From assembly GCA_951406725.2 (NCBI GenBank), contig OX597819.1:79484001-79548000 (forward strand): DNA of 64,000 nucleotides, in the 5' to 3' direction. The notes under the pieces are model-generated. The model made no database searches, was not told where the DNA came from, and worked only from the letters and a program-made list of their open reading frames with translations. Shown here in pieces: positions 23,671 through 37,797 of this stretch (the first letter of the stretch is position 1; each line of letters begins with the position of its first letter). A program made the translations under genes and the position numbers. This DNA comes from Octopus vulgaris. Its lineage: Eukaryota.

Positions 23671-24609
23671 TTGTGTGTATGAATGTGTGTGCGCGAGTGT
23701 GTATGTGGAAGTATATATATATGAATGTCTATATGCAACCGTAGTATTGATGCGCGATGTCCAGTTCTCCACAATCGGTATATGGTACATAAAAACAAGC
23801 AATCACCACATAATATATTGCGATTACAACACAGCCACGTAAATAGCAGTATTTCTAATTCTTCCTTGTCAGTAAGTGCCTTGGAAGACTGGCCGAGACT
23901 TAACGTGAAGAATGGGATATATATATATATATATATATATAAAAAGAGAGATAGAGAGAGAGAGAGAGGTCGTGGAATGAGAGGGATAAAGAGCAGACGA
24001 AAAATGAAATATGTTGATCCCCATTTTAACTTGTAACATTACTGCTTCGTATTTGATCGTCTGTTTTTGTATATTTTTGTTTCCGAACGATGACTCACAT
24101 AACTAACGTTCAAAAATATCTAACTACATTATCAGAACAGCTTTGACTTTGGGCCCCAATACAATATATTACAAGAGTATTTGTGATGGATGATTGGTTC
24201 CAACCAACTATTTAGAATATGTAGAAGTTGTTTACTAGACATTTCGTTTTATATTTAAAAGAAAAAATTCTGCTGAGAAATGGTCAATGTTTGCCGTTGC
24301 CCACGACACATGAATAAAAACATGGCCAATGGTTGATGTTTGCAACATATGAGTAAAAACATTAAGATGGCTAACTCCGCCAGTATCTTTTCTTTGCTTC
24401 GTTGTTATTTTCATTTCAGATTGGTATGGAGTGATTTTTGTATGTACACTTGCAAATATTTCAATCGGTTACATCACACTCTCTCGCAATTTCTTATTAC
24501 AACACTTTCCTCAGAGAAATACTGAAGCAATCTAACAAGTCACAATAGATGATAAATAGTTATATAATCAAAAGTTTCACGCGTCTAGCGAGTCTTATAG
24601 ATTTGGTAT

Positions 24610-24781
24610 GATAGTGTGGTAAGAAGTTTGCTACCCAACCACATGGTTCCGGTTTCAGTTCCACTGGCTAATACCTTGAGCAAGTGTCTTCAACTATAAG
24701 CCTTGGGCCAAACAAAGCCTCGCGAGTAGATTTGGTAGACGGAAACTGAAAGAAGCTTATCATATGTGTGCACACACACAC

Positions 24782-24812
<31 letters not shown>

Positions 24813-24945
24813 TGTATGTATGTATGTATGTATGTATGTATGTATGTATGTATATATGTACGTATGTATGTATGTATCTATGTGTGTGTGTGTGTATGTC
24901 TTCGTCTTTGTGGTCGTCCTTCCACTAAACCTTAACAAGCGGTGT
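24610..24945 (+). mobile_element. SINE A, partial, with internal (TATG)n
   Basis: gtgtggtaagaag…ccaaccacatggttccgg…gatttggtagacggaaactgaaagaagc. Confidence 0.75.
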
Positions 24946-26044
24946 TAGATTGCGCGCTCTGTTGACAAAATATAATGATGCAAAATGAGACGTTTTGTGT
25001 TTTTTGGAGTCTGGTGCAAACATATTAAAATAATAAATTTCTTGAAGGAGAAGTAATGGAAGCCGTATAGTTTGATTTCTTCTAAGAATGTAAACCAACA
25101 TTTTGATACAGTTTGTCAAGATCTTAACACTTACTTCACTTTTGTATATCTTATAATAATAATGGGCATACAAAAAAAAAGTTTGTTGGTAGGAATTGTC
25201 AATTACATCGACATCAGTATTCAACTGGTACTTTATTTTATCGACGTCAGTATTCAACCGGTAGTTTATTTTATCGACCCTGGAAGGATAAAAAGTTATC
25301 ATGAATTCAGATTTGATTTCAGGATGTAAAGAGCTGAAAGAAATACGTGAAACATTCTCTCTGACTGTCTGAAGATTCTGTCACTCTTCCAGCCTTAGTA
25401 TGCCTTATAATAATAAAAGATTAGATATAGGAAATAGAATTGATAGTGGAATATATAATAACTTTATTAAGAAAGACCAATTACTGATTACATTCATCCG
25501 GACGTTACCATTACATAAGTGCTTGCGGCATTTCATATTTATATAGATGTGAATAGATATATAAACAAGGAAAATTTAACTATTTCTCTCTCGGTATATT
25601 GGAAAAAAAAATTTTTTAAATAGCTATGAACGACCTTAATTGATTTTCGAACCCGATAAGTTGCTATCATCAAAGAAGACAAAAAAGCACTAAAACAGGC
25701 TTAATTGGCAGACGTTTGTGGTTAGAAAGGAGAAACAACAGAAAATGTGAAAAAACTATAAAGTTAGCTAAAAGTGGAGGTACAGAATTCCATGTTAACT
25801 CGATGTTAAGAGAATCTGTTACAAAGTCGATAATAGGAAATGCTGTTCAGGCTCGTTACCAACGAAGAATACCGCCACAATAATTTTAAAAGACATTTAC
25901 CCTTAAAGAATGGATTCCTAAGATAAACAGCCGTAACCTAATGGTGTGAGGCAATAAGTCCACCTTTTTGCCAGTTCTGAAAGCCACTATGCTTCCAGTA
26001 TAAATAAAGCAAAAGAAGTAACAACGATAGCTTTCACATACAAT

Positions 26045-26765
26045 GATAAGACTTTTCACTATATGTACAAGGCCTGGAATTTTGGGGGAGGATGCTAGGC
26101 GATTGCAACGACTACAGTGTTCGAATGACACTTATCTTATTGAACCAGAAAGGATGAAAAGCAAAGTTGAAAGGCGTTTGAACTCAGAAAATAATATGGA
26201 TGAAATGCCGTTTAGCATTTTGTCCAGCGTGCTAGCGATTCAGCCAGAGAGACACCTTTGAGAATTCTTTCTAATATAGACATAATGATTGAAATTTTGA
26301 GTGAGGAGGTACGAGGCGATTGCACCGACCCCTGTGCTCAACTGGTACTCATTTTATCGACCCAGAAAAAATGAAAGGCAAAGCTGATCTCGACAGCATT
26401 TGAATTCGGAACATCAAGATGAACGAAATGCCGCCAAGAGGTTTGACTGAAGTGCTAACAATTTTGCCAGCCCGCCGCCACCTTTCAGCATAGAGTAATA
26501 ATGCAAAACATCCACCGAAATTTAAGTTGAAAACTATCAAAAGTGAGAAAAAAAAAAAAAAGAGATTTTGAAATGGAAATAATATTTGGAGCACCTTAAG
26601 GCGTCGGGTTGGCAGAATCGTTACCGCACCGGACAAAATGCTTAGCAGCATTTCCTCCAAGGTCGACTTTGCCTTTCATCCTTTCGGGGGTCGATAAAAT
26701 AAGTACTAGTTGAGTACTGGGTTGATGTAATCGTCTTAGCTCCTCCACAAAATCTGAAACCAATA
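26045..26765. mobile_element. Cluster of decayed SINE B copies (two minus, one plus)
   Basis: The shared core gcctttcatcctttcgggg(g)tcgataaaataagtac or its reverse complement. Confidence 0.7.
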
Positions 26766-28246
26766 TTTGGAGCACTATACCACAGTAAGTATTCTAAACA
26801 ATAGTAACGATATTAAATAATAATATAACCCACAGACAATGTATTTTGAATCATCACCACCAAATATTATGTAATAGAACGTCAATCCAGTGAGAGAGTA
26901 TTTATGTGGTCACGTTAACTGCTAGAAATAGCAGCTAGATTCTCTCAAGTAATGCCCTACACTCAGAGAAAAACGGGAACGTTTTGTATAATGTGGTCAT
27001 GGATACGGAGTTGAAGAAGGCGGCAAGGGACGGTCATGACTGGAACGTCTTTAATCCTATATTTGTTTATTAGTGATTGATCTGGCGCCAAAGGAAAGGA
27101 ACAGCAACGGTGATAACTAAGTAGCAACGTTCACGCCGGGTAAGTGGCTGACAATGTAGATACCCAGACACCTAGCCATCCAATTAACCAATCAGCATCC
27201 ATTACCAACCAACCAACCAGCCAACCCACAAACAAACCAATAAACGTACCAACTAATTAACCACTAAGAAAGTAACTTACGGCGGACCGGCGTCCTGTCC
27301 AGATGGAGAACTTATACGCTAATGAAACCGGGAAACCGGCCCTTAAACAACAACAACAACAAGAAACTAAGTGACCAACTAACTATCCATTCAACGATCA
27401 ATTAATGAGACAAGCAACTAACCAGTCAAGCTACCAATCTGCCAAGCAAGCAATCAAGTGAACCAACCAATCGACCAATTCTTCAGAAAAATGCTTGCGA
27501 TATTGTATTTCACATAAATAATCACGGGCGTCGTTTCGTATCTATGACATTCGGTCACGTGATAGTAATTTACATGTGTTTAATGCCTGTAAATATTGCC
27601 TCTCATACGTGACATTTCTTATTCTTATTGCCAATCTTTGAAACATTCTTCAATTTCCTCGCTGACTTTAATAACTGCAGACGTGCAGTTTATTACAGAC
27701 ATTAGTTTATTAGCAATAAATATCCAAGCTACATCTAATATACATATATACACATTGAGACGAGCACACACACAAACACAAATGCACACACACACATACA
27801 TAACGACACACACACACACACACACACAAAGGCACACACATGTATATACACACTGAGACGAGCACACACAGACACACACGCAGACACACACACAGGCACA
27901 CGAATGGATATACATGGACTGCGAACATATCTTGGCACCGCTTTGAAGGGTTTTAGTTGAACAAATCGACCTCAGTACTTATTTTTTAATGCCAGGTACT
28001 TACTCCAGTGGTCTTTTTTATAGATCGAGGACGTAAACAAACCAACACAAGTTTCCAAGCAGGGGCATGTGACAAACACATACACAAAGACACAAACACA
28101 TATACAAACATATAAATACATATGTATGTGTATATAAATATATATGCGTATATATAATTATCATTAAAATTATAATTTAGGGTATCTAAGAGATACTATC
28201 ACGTTGGAAATAGCAGCCAAAACTTGACTCTAAAACCACGATCTTA

Positions 28247-28296
<50 letters not shown>

Positions 28297-28297
<1 letters not shown>

Positions 28298-28455
28298 AAA
28301 GGGAAAGTTTATGAAAATAAACAAAACACGAAGACAGGTGGTGTACAAAACAAACAGATGTATTAGTATAGCGCTCAGGAATAGAAAAGGTCTTTTACGT
28401 TTCGAGCCTACGCTCTTCTACAGAAAAGTACACAGAAAAAACAAGGAGAGAAAAA

Positions 28456-28458
<3 letters not shown>
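28297..28458 (-). mobile_element. Non-autonomous PLE terminus with HHR (28392-28427) in (TA)n
   Basis: tttt-CTGTAGA-a-gagc gtag gctc-GAAA-cg-TA-aaag. Homologous to 10470-10643; (TA)n on both sides. Confidence 0.8.
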
Positions 28459-28542
<84 letters not shown>

Positions 28543-28543
<1 letters not shown>

Positions 28544-29095
28544 ACTAGCAGAAACACCCGTCATTGACTGGGTTGAAATAAGCTGCCAAAATTGTACTAT
28601 GGATATTGAAAGTTATTCACTTAGAACATATGTAAGAAATGGCTGTTGACTTATTCATTGAACTTAAGTATTAGAGCAAGTGAAAATACAAATAGCTTTT
28701 CTTAGACAAACAGCCTGGTGGCTTGAAGATATAGATATAAAACGAATAAAAAAATATGATAATGATATTAAAGTACACGCACAAATTTAATAGGAAATAT
28801 ATAGTAACAATCTATCTCCGTGAGTAGCATAATTCTTCAAACACAGTGAATAATGAAGAACACAATTGAAAATCAAACATCGTAAAATTTGAAAAATAGA
28901 CCATGAGTAATTTTCCGTTTCTAGATTTTTCCAGAACTTACTTGCAGTTTCGTTGTGTCTGGGGAGAGTCATTCTGCTTTGATGCCTTATTAATACTCAC
29001 CTGTTCGATTTCCACTCATTTATTTATTTATTTATTTTTTTTTTCTTCTAAAATTTTCTTTGCTTCATGCAACGTCATCCATCTTTGTTGACCCT
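28543..29095 (+). mobile_element. Possible non-autonomous Helitron/Helentron-like element
   Basis: Starts with tactagcagaaacacccgtcattgactgggt (CTAG plus hairpin), which resembles such termini. The right boundary is uncertain. Confidence 0.35.
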
Positions 29096-29409
29096 GTCCG
29101 TTATCGGAGCTGCGTTTCTTTTTGTTTGTTTTTGCACATGCGTGTACGTCAGCGTGCATGTGTTTACACATAGGAATGTATGTCATTGTTCAGTTTATTT
29201 CAAGGACTCTTGCCAACAGAGAGAGATATGGTTTCTGACCTAGATCCAAGGTTCCTTCATTGGAATTTCAACATCAACAATTGGGTATTTTGTATGTATG
29301 TAGGTATGTATGTATATATGTATGTATATATGCATGTGTGTATGTATGTATGTATGTATGTATGTATGTATGTATGTATGTATGTATGTATGTATGTATG
29401 TATGTATTA

Positions 29410-29680
29410 TGCATGTATGTGGAAGAGAGTGTAATTCGGCAGGAGGACTTAAACGACATGCAAAGGTACATGAAGCCCAGTTACAACTACAGCCGGCTAT
29501 TACCGGTGAAGATATTAGTTGCCAATTCTGTACAACACATTGTAGATCTTTAGCTGGGCTAAAAAGTCACATTCGATCACAGCACCAGTAACAGTTAAGC
29601 TTCGTACAATGGCCATACTCGATAACGAGGGGGCAGCCATAATGTATGTATGTATGTATGTATGTATGTATGTATGTATG

Positions 29681-29711
<31 letters not shown>

Positions 29712-30036
29712 GTATGTATGTAAGTATGTATGTAAGTATGTATGTATGTATGTAAGTATGTATGTATGTATTTATGTATGTATGTATGTATGTATGTAAG
29801 TATGTATGTATGTATGTATTTATGTATGTATGAATGTACGTATGTATGTATGTATGTATGTATGTATGTATGTATGTATGTATGTATGTGGCTATTACCG
29901 GTGAAGATATTAGTTACCAATTCTGTACAACACATTGTAGATCTTTAGCTGGGCTAAAAAGTCACATTCGATCACAGCACCAGTAACAGTTAAGCTTCGT
30001 ACAATGGCCATACTCGATAACGAGGGGGCAGCCATA
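29410..30036 (+). mobile_element. RTE-like LINE 3' end with two C2H2-like fingers, partially duplicated in tandem, with (ATGT)n tails
   Basis: CGRECNSAGGLKRHAKVH…CQFCTTHCRSLAGLKSHIRSQH*, a short hairpin-forming 3' UTR, then (ATGT)n. 29496-29642 is repeated at 29890-30036. Confidence 0.65.
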
Positions 30037-30165
30037 ATGTATGTATGTATGTATGTATGTATGTATGTATGTATGTATGTATGTATGTATGTATGTATGT
30101 ATGTGTATGTATGTAAGTATGTATGTATGTATGTAAGTATGTATGTATGTATTTATGTATGTATG

Positions 30166-30196
<31 letters not shown>

Positions 30197-30265
30197 GTAT
30201 GTATGTATGTATGTATTTATGTATGTATGAATGTACGTATGTATGTATGTATGTATGTATGTATG

Positions 30266-30296
<31 letters not shown>

Positions 30297-32079
30297 GTAT
30301 GTATGTATGTAAGTATGTATGTATGTATGTATTTATGTATGTATGTATGTATGTATGTAAGTATGTATGTATGTATTTATGTATGTATGTATGTACGTAT
30401 GTATGTATGTATGTATGTATGTATGTATGTATGTATGTATGTATGTATGTATGTATGTATATGTTTGTACAGAGTTGTATGTTTTATGTATGTATTCTCA
30501 TGTATATAATTGCATATCTAGACATGATCCTATATATTTAAATAATAAACTTCTGGAAAGTTTTACAGATTTTTACAGTTCCAGTGATGGACTGGATTTG
30601 TAAGTCTTCGAATTAGCTTTCTTCTTTCTGGTTTTGAGAAGGTTAATTTCTCAAGATTGGTATTTAGTCAGTGTGTTGTATGTATGTGTATATATGTATG
30701 TATGCGCGTGTGTACGTATGTATGTATTCTGCATAATCATCTGTTTGTGCGTCCACGTTTGTACGTTTGTAACTATGTTATCTTCCTTAGACTGGGCATC
30801 TTTTTTGGAAGAGGGTCCGTAGCTTCGTTAGTGAGGAATCTAGACACTCGGGACCACTTCCATTGTTTTCCTCGGAATATTTTACACAAGAATTAACTTT
30901 TAGTTTCTCTGTAGCTGCTGTAGCCCTTCTTCCTATAAATCGACAGACACACATACAGACGTTCGTTTATATATAAACTGCAACTGTGGCCACCTATTGA
31001 CTGTATAATGGAATAAGGAGATGTGCTTGAAAAGGAACAAGTGGAATTTAACCTAAACACCTATATAATATCATCTATCATAAATATACTTATATGTATG
31101 TGAGCATGCGAGCATGATGTGTAGGTGTATGGTGTGTGCGCGGTGTGAATCAGTGTCTGTATTATACTTTTGTTCTGTAGTTGAGTGGTTCGACAAAAAG
31201 GTGTCGATAGAATAGTATTTGACTGACGTATAAGTACTGGAGTTGTTATGATCAATTAAACCTTTGATGTATTCGCTTTGATGTATAGCCAGAGTCAGTA
31301 TAATAATAAAGGAACAAATGAATGACATATCTAGAACCGCTTTATCCAATCTGTCCTTATTGCCCTTAAAACAATGGAATGTAATTTAAGGAACATTTGG
31401 CTGCTATTTTAGCACGTCGAGTGAATTCACAAAGAATTTCCTTTGGTTTGGCAGGATTAGCAGTCATTTGTGGGAAACGGTTATGTGCTTGTTATAGAAG
31501 GAATAAGGGATACAGAGTTTGTTATTCGGTCCTAATTAGGTACTGCGGCCATGTTGTAGCTTAGCTGTTTCAATTTATATAATTCAATTATTCGTCAACA
31601 ACGCTTGTTTTTTAATAACTAATTTGATTGCTATCTGCCAATTTGTGTAATGTAAATTCATTACTTGATGCATTTATTATTGTAAATGCCTAAATCCATG
31701 GCAGCATAATTAATAATTTCTTTTCGTAATCACGTGGTTTCGGTTTCAGTCCCACTGTGATGAATCTGAGAAAGCGTCTTTAACGAGAGACTCGTTGCAA
31801 GCCAAACTGGGTTGATGGTAGCTGTGCAAAAGCCCACCGCATTGACTGTAGTCGTTTTTTAAATGACCTGCCTTGTCGTGCACGGAGTCACGCTAATTCC
31901 TCTAGAGAATTTCCTTAAGAGTACAACTGCCTGTGGAATACTAAGCCACTTAAGCGCTTATTCAATGATTAATTCAGGTTATCCAACAACTGAATATTCA
32001 TTGTCGAAATCAAACGTTCATTTAGTTTAAATACGTAAATATATTTATTACGTAAACCAAATTACTTTATTACGTATAT

Positions 32080-32449
32080 TTATTACCTCCGCCTTAGTGA
32101 AGGCGGAAGTATTGTTTTCAATAGCGTTTGTTTGTTTGTCCGTGGACAAGATATATCAAGAACCATAGGATGGATTCTGATGAAACTTTCAGGGATGTTT
32201 GGCCACGTGATTGGCATAAACCGATTAGATTTTGCGATCGGTCGGGTTCCAGACAAGGATTCTGGATTATTTTCCCGTTTTTTTTACTTAATTTTTGAGA
32301 TCGGTTGGGTTCAGTTTTAGTATTCTTGTTTGCAAGAGCAGTCGAGTTTATTTCAAATATTCTCATTATAAAAATCATCTCTGGCTAATCGTTGAGAGGA
32401 CGGTGGTGTTTCCTTGGTGGAGATTTGCGCTCTCTGAGTGCTCTTGTTT
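32080..32449 (+). mobile_element. Non-autonomous Helentron/DINE-1-like element
   Basis: ttattacctccgcc…aggcgga 5' hairpin/subTIR, (gttt)n, ggattctgatgaaacttt, and 3' ccttggtggagatttgcgctctctgagtgct hairpin. Confidence 0.65.
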
Positions 32450-33449
32450 AATATTTCTTTTTTACGTAAGTTTATTTCATTATTACATAAACCCAAAATT
32501 CACATACTTTATTACGTTGCTTACGAAAAAAGAGTGTTTTATTATGTAAATAATGAATGCTATGTTATTTAAAGTAATTTTCACCTTTGCTTCTTTGTGA
32601 ACGAAATTATTTTGATATAAATATTTTCTGTTTCAATAGTAAGTCGTTGACTTCGTTCTGTTTTGTGTAATATCTGTTTTTTCTTGCTTGGTATGTTTAT
32701 TTATTAAAGGTTAGAAAGGTTTTGTTTGATATATTTCATTCCTTTGTCTGTTGTTTATTTATTCTTTACAATATCTCTGTTGTGTTATTTAAAAATAAAA
32801 TGTCTGAAATATCAAACGTAAGAAGATCGTCAACAAATTCACATTTAGACATTCTGACGGAGTCGTTGATTTCTGACCCTTATAACCATTATTAGCTTTA
32901 GCTTTAGGCCCTGCGTTGTTCACCTAGTTATGGCGGTTGTTCCTCTAGCACAGCCATTTCAAGAAATGTCGACTGTTTTCAGGTCATCTTGTACATAAAT
33001 TTCCATAAATTTATATGTAAACTTATAAACTCAATCGGGTTTCCAGTAGATAGAATAGTCGAGAAACTCATGCATATCACAATGCCCATAATTTTTAACA
33101 TCTCTGTAACATTTGATGACGTAAATGTGTTAATTGATGACACCTAATGGATTCACCAAATATGCAAATGTAAGATTTTATGCTTTAAGAATATTTCCTT
33201 AATTCTTCGTCTTTTATTTATTTGATTCTGTGTGAGGCAGATGTTTATCAGGATGACGAATTACAACACGTAAAGAATGAAACTTAGTCATGTTAACAGT
33301 AGAAATTCCACTATTTAGTCGAAACTAACTGATTCTTCTATCTGAAAACGATAGAAGATAAATTCCTACATACAAAAAGAAGAATATGTCTTTTGTGTGC
33401 CTTAATCTTCCATAACTTGATTGTTGCACAAAGGGAAAAACCTATAATA

Positions 33450-33798
33450 TTTTACTTGTTTCAGTCACTGGACTGCTGCCATACTGGGGCACCGCCTTCA
33501 AGGCTTTAAGCGAACACCACGACTATAGTACTTAATTATGAGAACGTAAACAAACCAACACCGGTTGTTAAGTATTGGGGTGAGCAAAGAACAACCACAC
33601 ACACACACAAATACATACACACACGCACATATAAAATGGGCTTTAACACAACATCCGTCTACAAAATTCACTCTCAAGGTATTGGTCACTTCAGAGCTAT
33701 AGTAGAAGACAATTATCCAAGATGCCACACAGATGGACTGAACACAAAACCACGCGGTTGGGAAGCGAGATTCTTAACCACAAAGCCATGTCTGTGCC
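33450..33798 (-). mobile_element. SINE A-related copy flanked by a 56-bp direct repeat
   Basis: Tail ttacttgtttcagtc…gccatactggggcaccgcc at the left. Identical 56-mers at 33387-33442 and 33904-33959. Confidence 0.75.
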
Positions 33799-33994
33799 AA
33801 TACACACAGCCACACCATCCACAACTCCGTCCATATACATGTTTGTATATGTGTGATTTTGTGACGATGCGTTTTCTTGGCATTTACGCCACTATAAAAC
33901 CGGTGTCTTTTGTGTGCCTTAATCTTCCATAACTTGATTGTTGCACAAAGGGAAAAACCATTAAATGAATACTCAAATTCTTTAATTACTCTGT

Positions 33995-34400
33995 TCAAGC
34001 CAGACTCTGCTCCCTCTCACAGCTTGCATGACTCAAGAGTGGATGGCCGAAAATGTTCATGATCCTGTAACTGCTAACGTTTTGGCTTACTCTCTCTCAG
34101 CTAATTTAAACCCCTTGAACTACTATGCCTGGGGCGTGGTTGAGAGAGCGAGATCAACAAATATGCCCTTAATATCAAGGACTTCTTGATGTCAGCTACT
34201 GAGGATGTTATGGCAAACATGAATAAAGATTACCTGATGAACACACTCGTTCAGAAGCCGTAGTGAGGCTTTATCGATTAGCCTTTTATTACGCGCATGT
34301 AAGACTATCTGTACCAAAGTCTATAAAACATACTGTGTTTCTTAGAAATATTTTTGTTTACCTTAAATTAAAATTTTGTATACAAATAGCTGACGCACCT
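33995..34400 (+). mobile_element. Tc1/mariner (maT-like) transposase 3' remnant
   Basis: Fragmentary DSAPSH…TQEWMAENVHD…LNPLNYYAWGVVER, similar to 55777-56610. Confidence 0.6.
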
Positions 34401-35376
34401 TCTCTATATGTCAACGAATGTTTAAGTGTTTCTACAAGTAGTTTCCAAAGTCCTGTCCATATTTGAAAGGGGTATTGATGCTGGTGCTGCTGTTGGCGTT
34501 GTTGGTGCTGGTTTTGCAGATGGTGATGGTGAAAATAGCGGCATCGGTGGTACGAAGTACTTTAAGGTACTTTTTTTATTTTCAAATTTAGACAATAAAT
34601 TCAGTTTTCACTTATGATTCAACAAATGGAAAGAAAGTAATGTCACCACAAATATATATACAAAACTGATGGAACAGACATTTCTAATGTAGATGTTATT
34701 GCACAATTGGCAACGTCCCAACCAGGCGAGTAAATACTGTTTTTCACATATTTGCCTCTGTCACAACATACACAAACATTTAGTTTATCTTTTCTTTCGT
34801 TCTTTCTTTGTGATATTTTGTTTTGGTATATTTGATTTTATTTTTTTTCAGTATACTGTTACAAGATGCTGGCAAATAGCAGAATTGGTTAATGTGTGCC
34901 AGCCGACTTGTCCTCAAAACATTTTCAGTTTCACGTCTTATCACTGGCATTGTCGACGAGGTTGGTCAGCGTCAGATAATCCTTGATCGAGCAAATCTAT
35001 AATCAAAGACGATCCAGACCTGTTTATTTTATCTACGACTACCTGAATAAATTCAAAAGAATTTAAGTTAGTCTTTTATCTTGATTTGCCAGTCTTTTAT
35101 CTTGATTTGCCTAACATGATTTATTTAAAATTGATTTATTTAAAATGAAGTCGCAGGCATCACTGTGTAGTTAAGCAACTCACTTTGCAACCACGTGGTT
35201 TCAGCTTCAATCTCACTGCGCAGTACCTTAGACAGATATTTTCTACTATTGCTCCGGTCCGACTAATGCCTTATGAGCGAATTTGGTAGACGTTGCCCAT
35301 CCAATATACATACATACATATATACATACACACACACACACACACACACACATACATACATACATACATACATACA

Positions 35377-35409
<33 letters not shown>

Positions 35410-35528
35410 TAGAAGGTTTGGAGGTGATGTACAGGTATTATATATTAGAAGAAATAAGGTACTCAGAAATCTGGATGGTTTTATATTTACAGATTTTTAT
35501 TAATATGTCACATGTTTTTGTAAATCAT

Positions 35529-35569
35529 ATATTAGCGCTTGCATCCACTCTAGTGGATTCTTCAGATTT
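35529..35569 (-). ncRNA. Type I hammerhead motif, one core substitution
   Basis: aaat-CTGAAGA-atccac taga gtggat-GCAA-gcgc-TA-atat. 6-bp stem II, palindromic AGCGCT stem III. Confidence 0.7.
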
Positions 35570-35844
35570 GGATTTTCTGAGGAGATTCGTCTCTTTTTAT
35601 AGTATTATTGAGTGTGTAGGGGTGTAGAGAGATATAGGATAGTAAAAGAGGGTGAGGAATGGGGAGAAAGTGAGAGAGAGTGCGTGTGTGTGTGTGCCTT
35701 TGTATCTGAAAGAGTGTCAATAGAAAAGAGAAGGAAGGAAAGAAGGAAGAGAGAAAGAAGAAAAAATGCGTTTACATCTATACAGCTGGTCAGTTCTTTC
35801 AATACAAAGTGATTCATGGCTTTTATATATATATATATAAATAA

Positions 35845-35913
<69 letters not shown>

Positions 35914-35915
<2 letters not shown>

Positions 35916-36292
35916 TGGTGGTATCTCTTAGATACCCTTAATTATAATTTTAATAATAATTATTACCTATGAGGTTTTTATTCCCATGCTAGCCACCTGA
36001 TATAATCGGTATTTTAAATAACGATCTCATTTATATATATATATATATATATTTATATAAATGAGATCGCTATTTAAGGGAATAAAGACCTCATAGGTAA
36101 TAATTATTATTAAAATTATAATTAAGGGTATCTAAGAGATACCACCATGCAGCCAAAACTTGACTCTAAAACAGCATTAAATGTTCACGCAGCACTTTCC
36201 TGGTACTGTATGAACATTTAATGTGGTTTAAGAGTCAAGTTTTGGCAGCTATATCTAGCATGGTTGTATCTCTTAGATACCCTTAATTATGC
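35914..36292. repeat. Nested, alternating inverted repeats around (TA)n
   Basis: The unit catggtggtatctcttagatacccttaattata occurs in +, - and + orientation. Another copy lies at ~28157-28240. Confidence 0.85.
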
Positions 36293-36827
36293 TTTATATA
36301 TATTGTCTTTTTTTATATATATATATGCATATATGGGTTCAGGACGTCACCAACTATAAACGACATGAAGTACGAAAACAAACAAGTTAAATACGCAAAC
36401 AATGAGAGAAAAAATGGAAAACAGTACAAGTAACACAAAGAACGACCGTTAGAGTGAAGGAACACCTGCACCATTGCAACATGCCATAAATACGCTTCTA
36501 AGCAGATTCTTATGATTTGATGAAGTGAATTGTATGACGTAATTACACATAATAACGCAACGAATGATTGGTCTTTCAAAATATGTTGTTTGTTTTGTTG
36601 ATATTGTTGTTTAGCCTCGGGTCCACCTCGATTCAACATGACTGCATATGAACTGAGGCATTGCAGCTGTGGCCACCCAGTCTTCTTTTGCATGTATAAT
36701 GTTTCTAGGACTACAATATCCGGTGTGCCTTCATAGCTTGAAATATGAACGAAATTTCATTGCTATTTCTAGTACACCAATCGACCATGTAAAAACTCAA
36801 CACAATTCTTGATACTTGTTAGTCTTT

Positions 36828-37037
36828 TATTCTTGTACTTGTTTCAGTCATTGAACTGCTGCCATGCTGGAGCACCACCTTGCTGGTTTAGTCGGACAAT
36901 TTGACCGCAGTATTTATTTTGAGTTCAGTACTTGTTCTATCGGTTTCTTTCTTGCCGAACTGTTAAGTCACGGGGATGTAAAAACCCACACTGGTTGTCA
37001 AACGGTGAGTAGACAACGAAGACAAATAAAAAGACAC

Positions 37038-37113
<76 letters not shown>

Positions 37114-37210
37114 TTTGTATTGTTGATCGTTACTTACCCGATGTACCTTGCAGGTGTACTGAACTTGAAACCACTTGGTTGTTAAGCGAACTTCTTAACA
37201 ACACAGCCAT
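36828..37210 (-). mobile_element. SINE A-related copy with internal (CA)n
   Basis: acttgtttcagtcatt…gccatgctggagcaccacc tail; head aacttcttaacaacacagccat. Confidence 0.7.
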
Positions 37211-37394
37211 ACCGGAGAACTTGGTTAAAGTATTTCGTCTCAGATCTAGGCTTTTTGATTACGGGTTCTTTCATTGCTGTTCCTGACATGTGTTAGAGAG
37301 AGCTTGTCTTTTAGAAGAAAACTTCATTCTATATTCCTATGTATATTAGGATAATAAGCAGTTCTGAAATCCTACAACAATATTATTTGTTTCT

Positions 37395-37797
37395 AAGGCG
37401 TCGAGCTGGCAGAAACGTTAGCACTCCGGGCGAAATGCTTAGCGGTATTTCGTCTGCCGTTACGCTCTGAGTTCAAATTCCTCCGAGGTCGACTTTGCCT
37501 TTCATCCTTTCGGGGTCGATAAATTAAGTACCAGTTACGCACTGGGTTCGATGTAATCGACTTAATCCGTTTGTCTGTCCTTGTTTGTCCTCTCTGTGTG
37601 TAGCCCCTTGTGGGTAGTAAAGAAATAGGTATTTCGTCTGTCATTACGTTCTGAGTTCAAATTCCGCCGAGGTCGATTTTGCCTTTCATCCTTTCGGGAT
37701 CTATAAATTAAGTACCATTTGCGTACTGGGGTTGATCTAATCAACTGGCCTCCACCCGCGCAAAAATTTCGGGCCTTGTGCCTAGAGTAGAAAAGAA
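37395..37797 (+). mobile_element. SINE family B, two tandem or nested copies
   Basis: A box gagctggcagaaacgttag, B box gagttcaaattcc, and core gcctttcatcctttcggggtcgataaattaagtacc (recalls the MetaSINE-type core; not verified). Confidence 0.85.

Noticed and set aside
33250-33295. ATGACGA-att…aat-GAAA-cttag-TC motif (similar weak cases at ~3010-3080 and ~30570-30612)
   Set aside because: Core mismatches plus poor stem I; cannot be separated from chance by eye.
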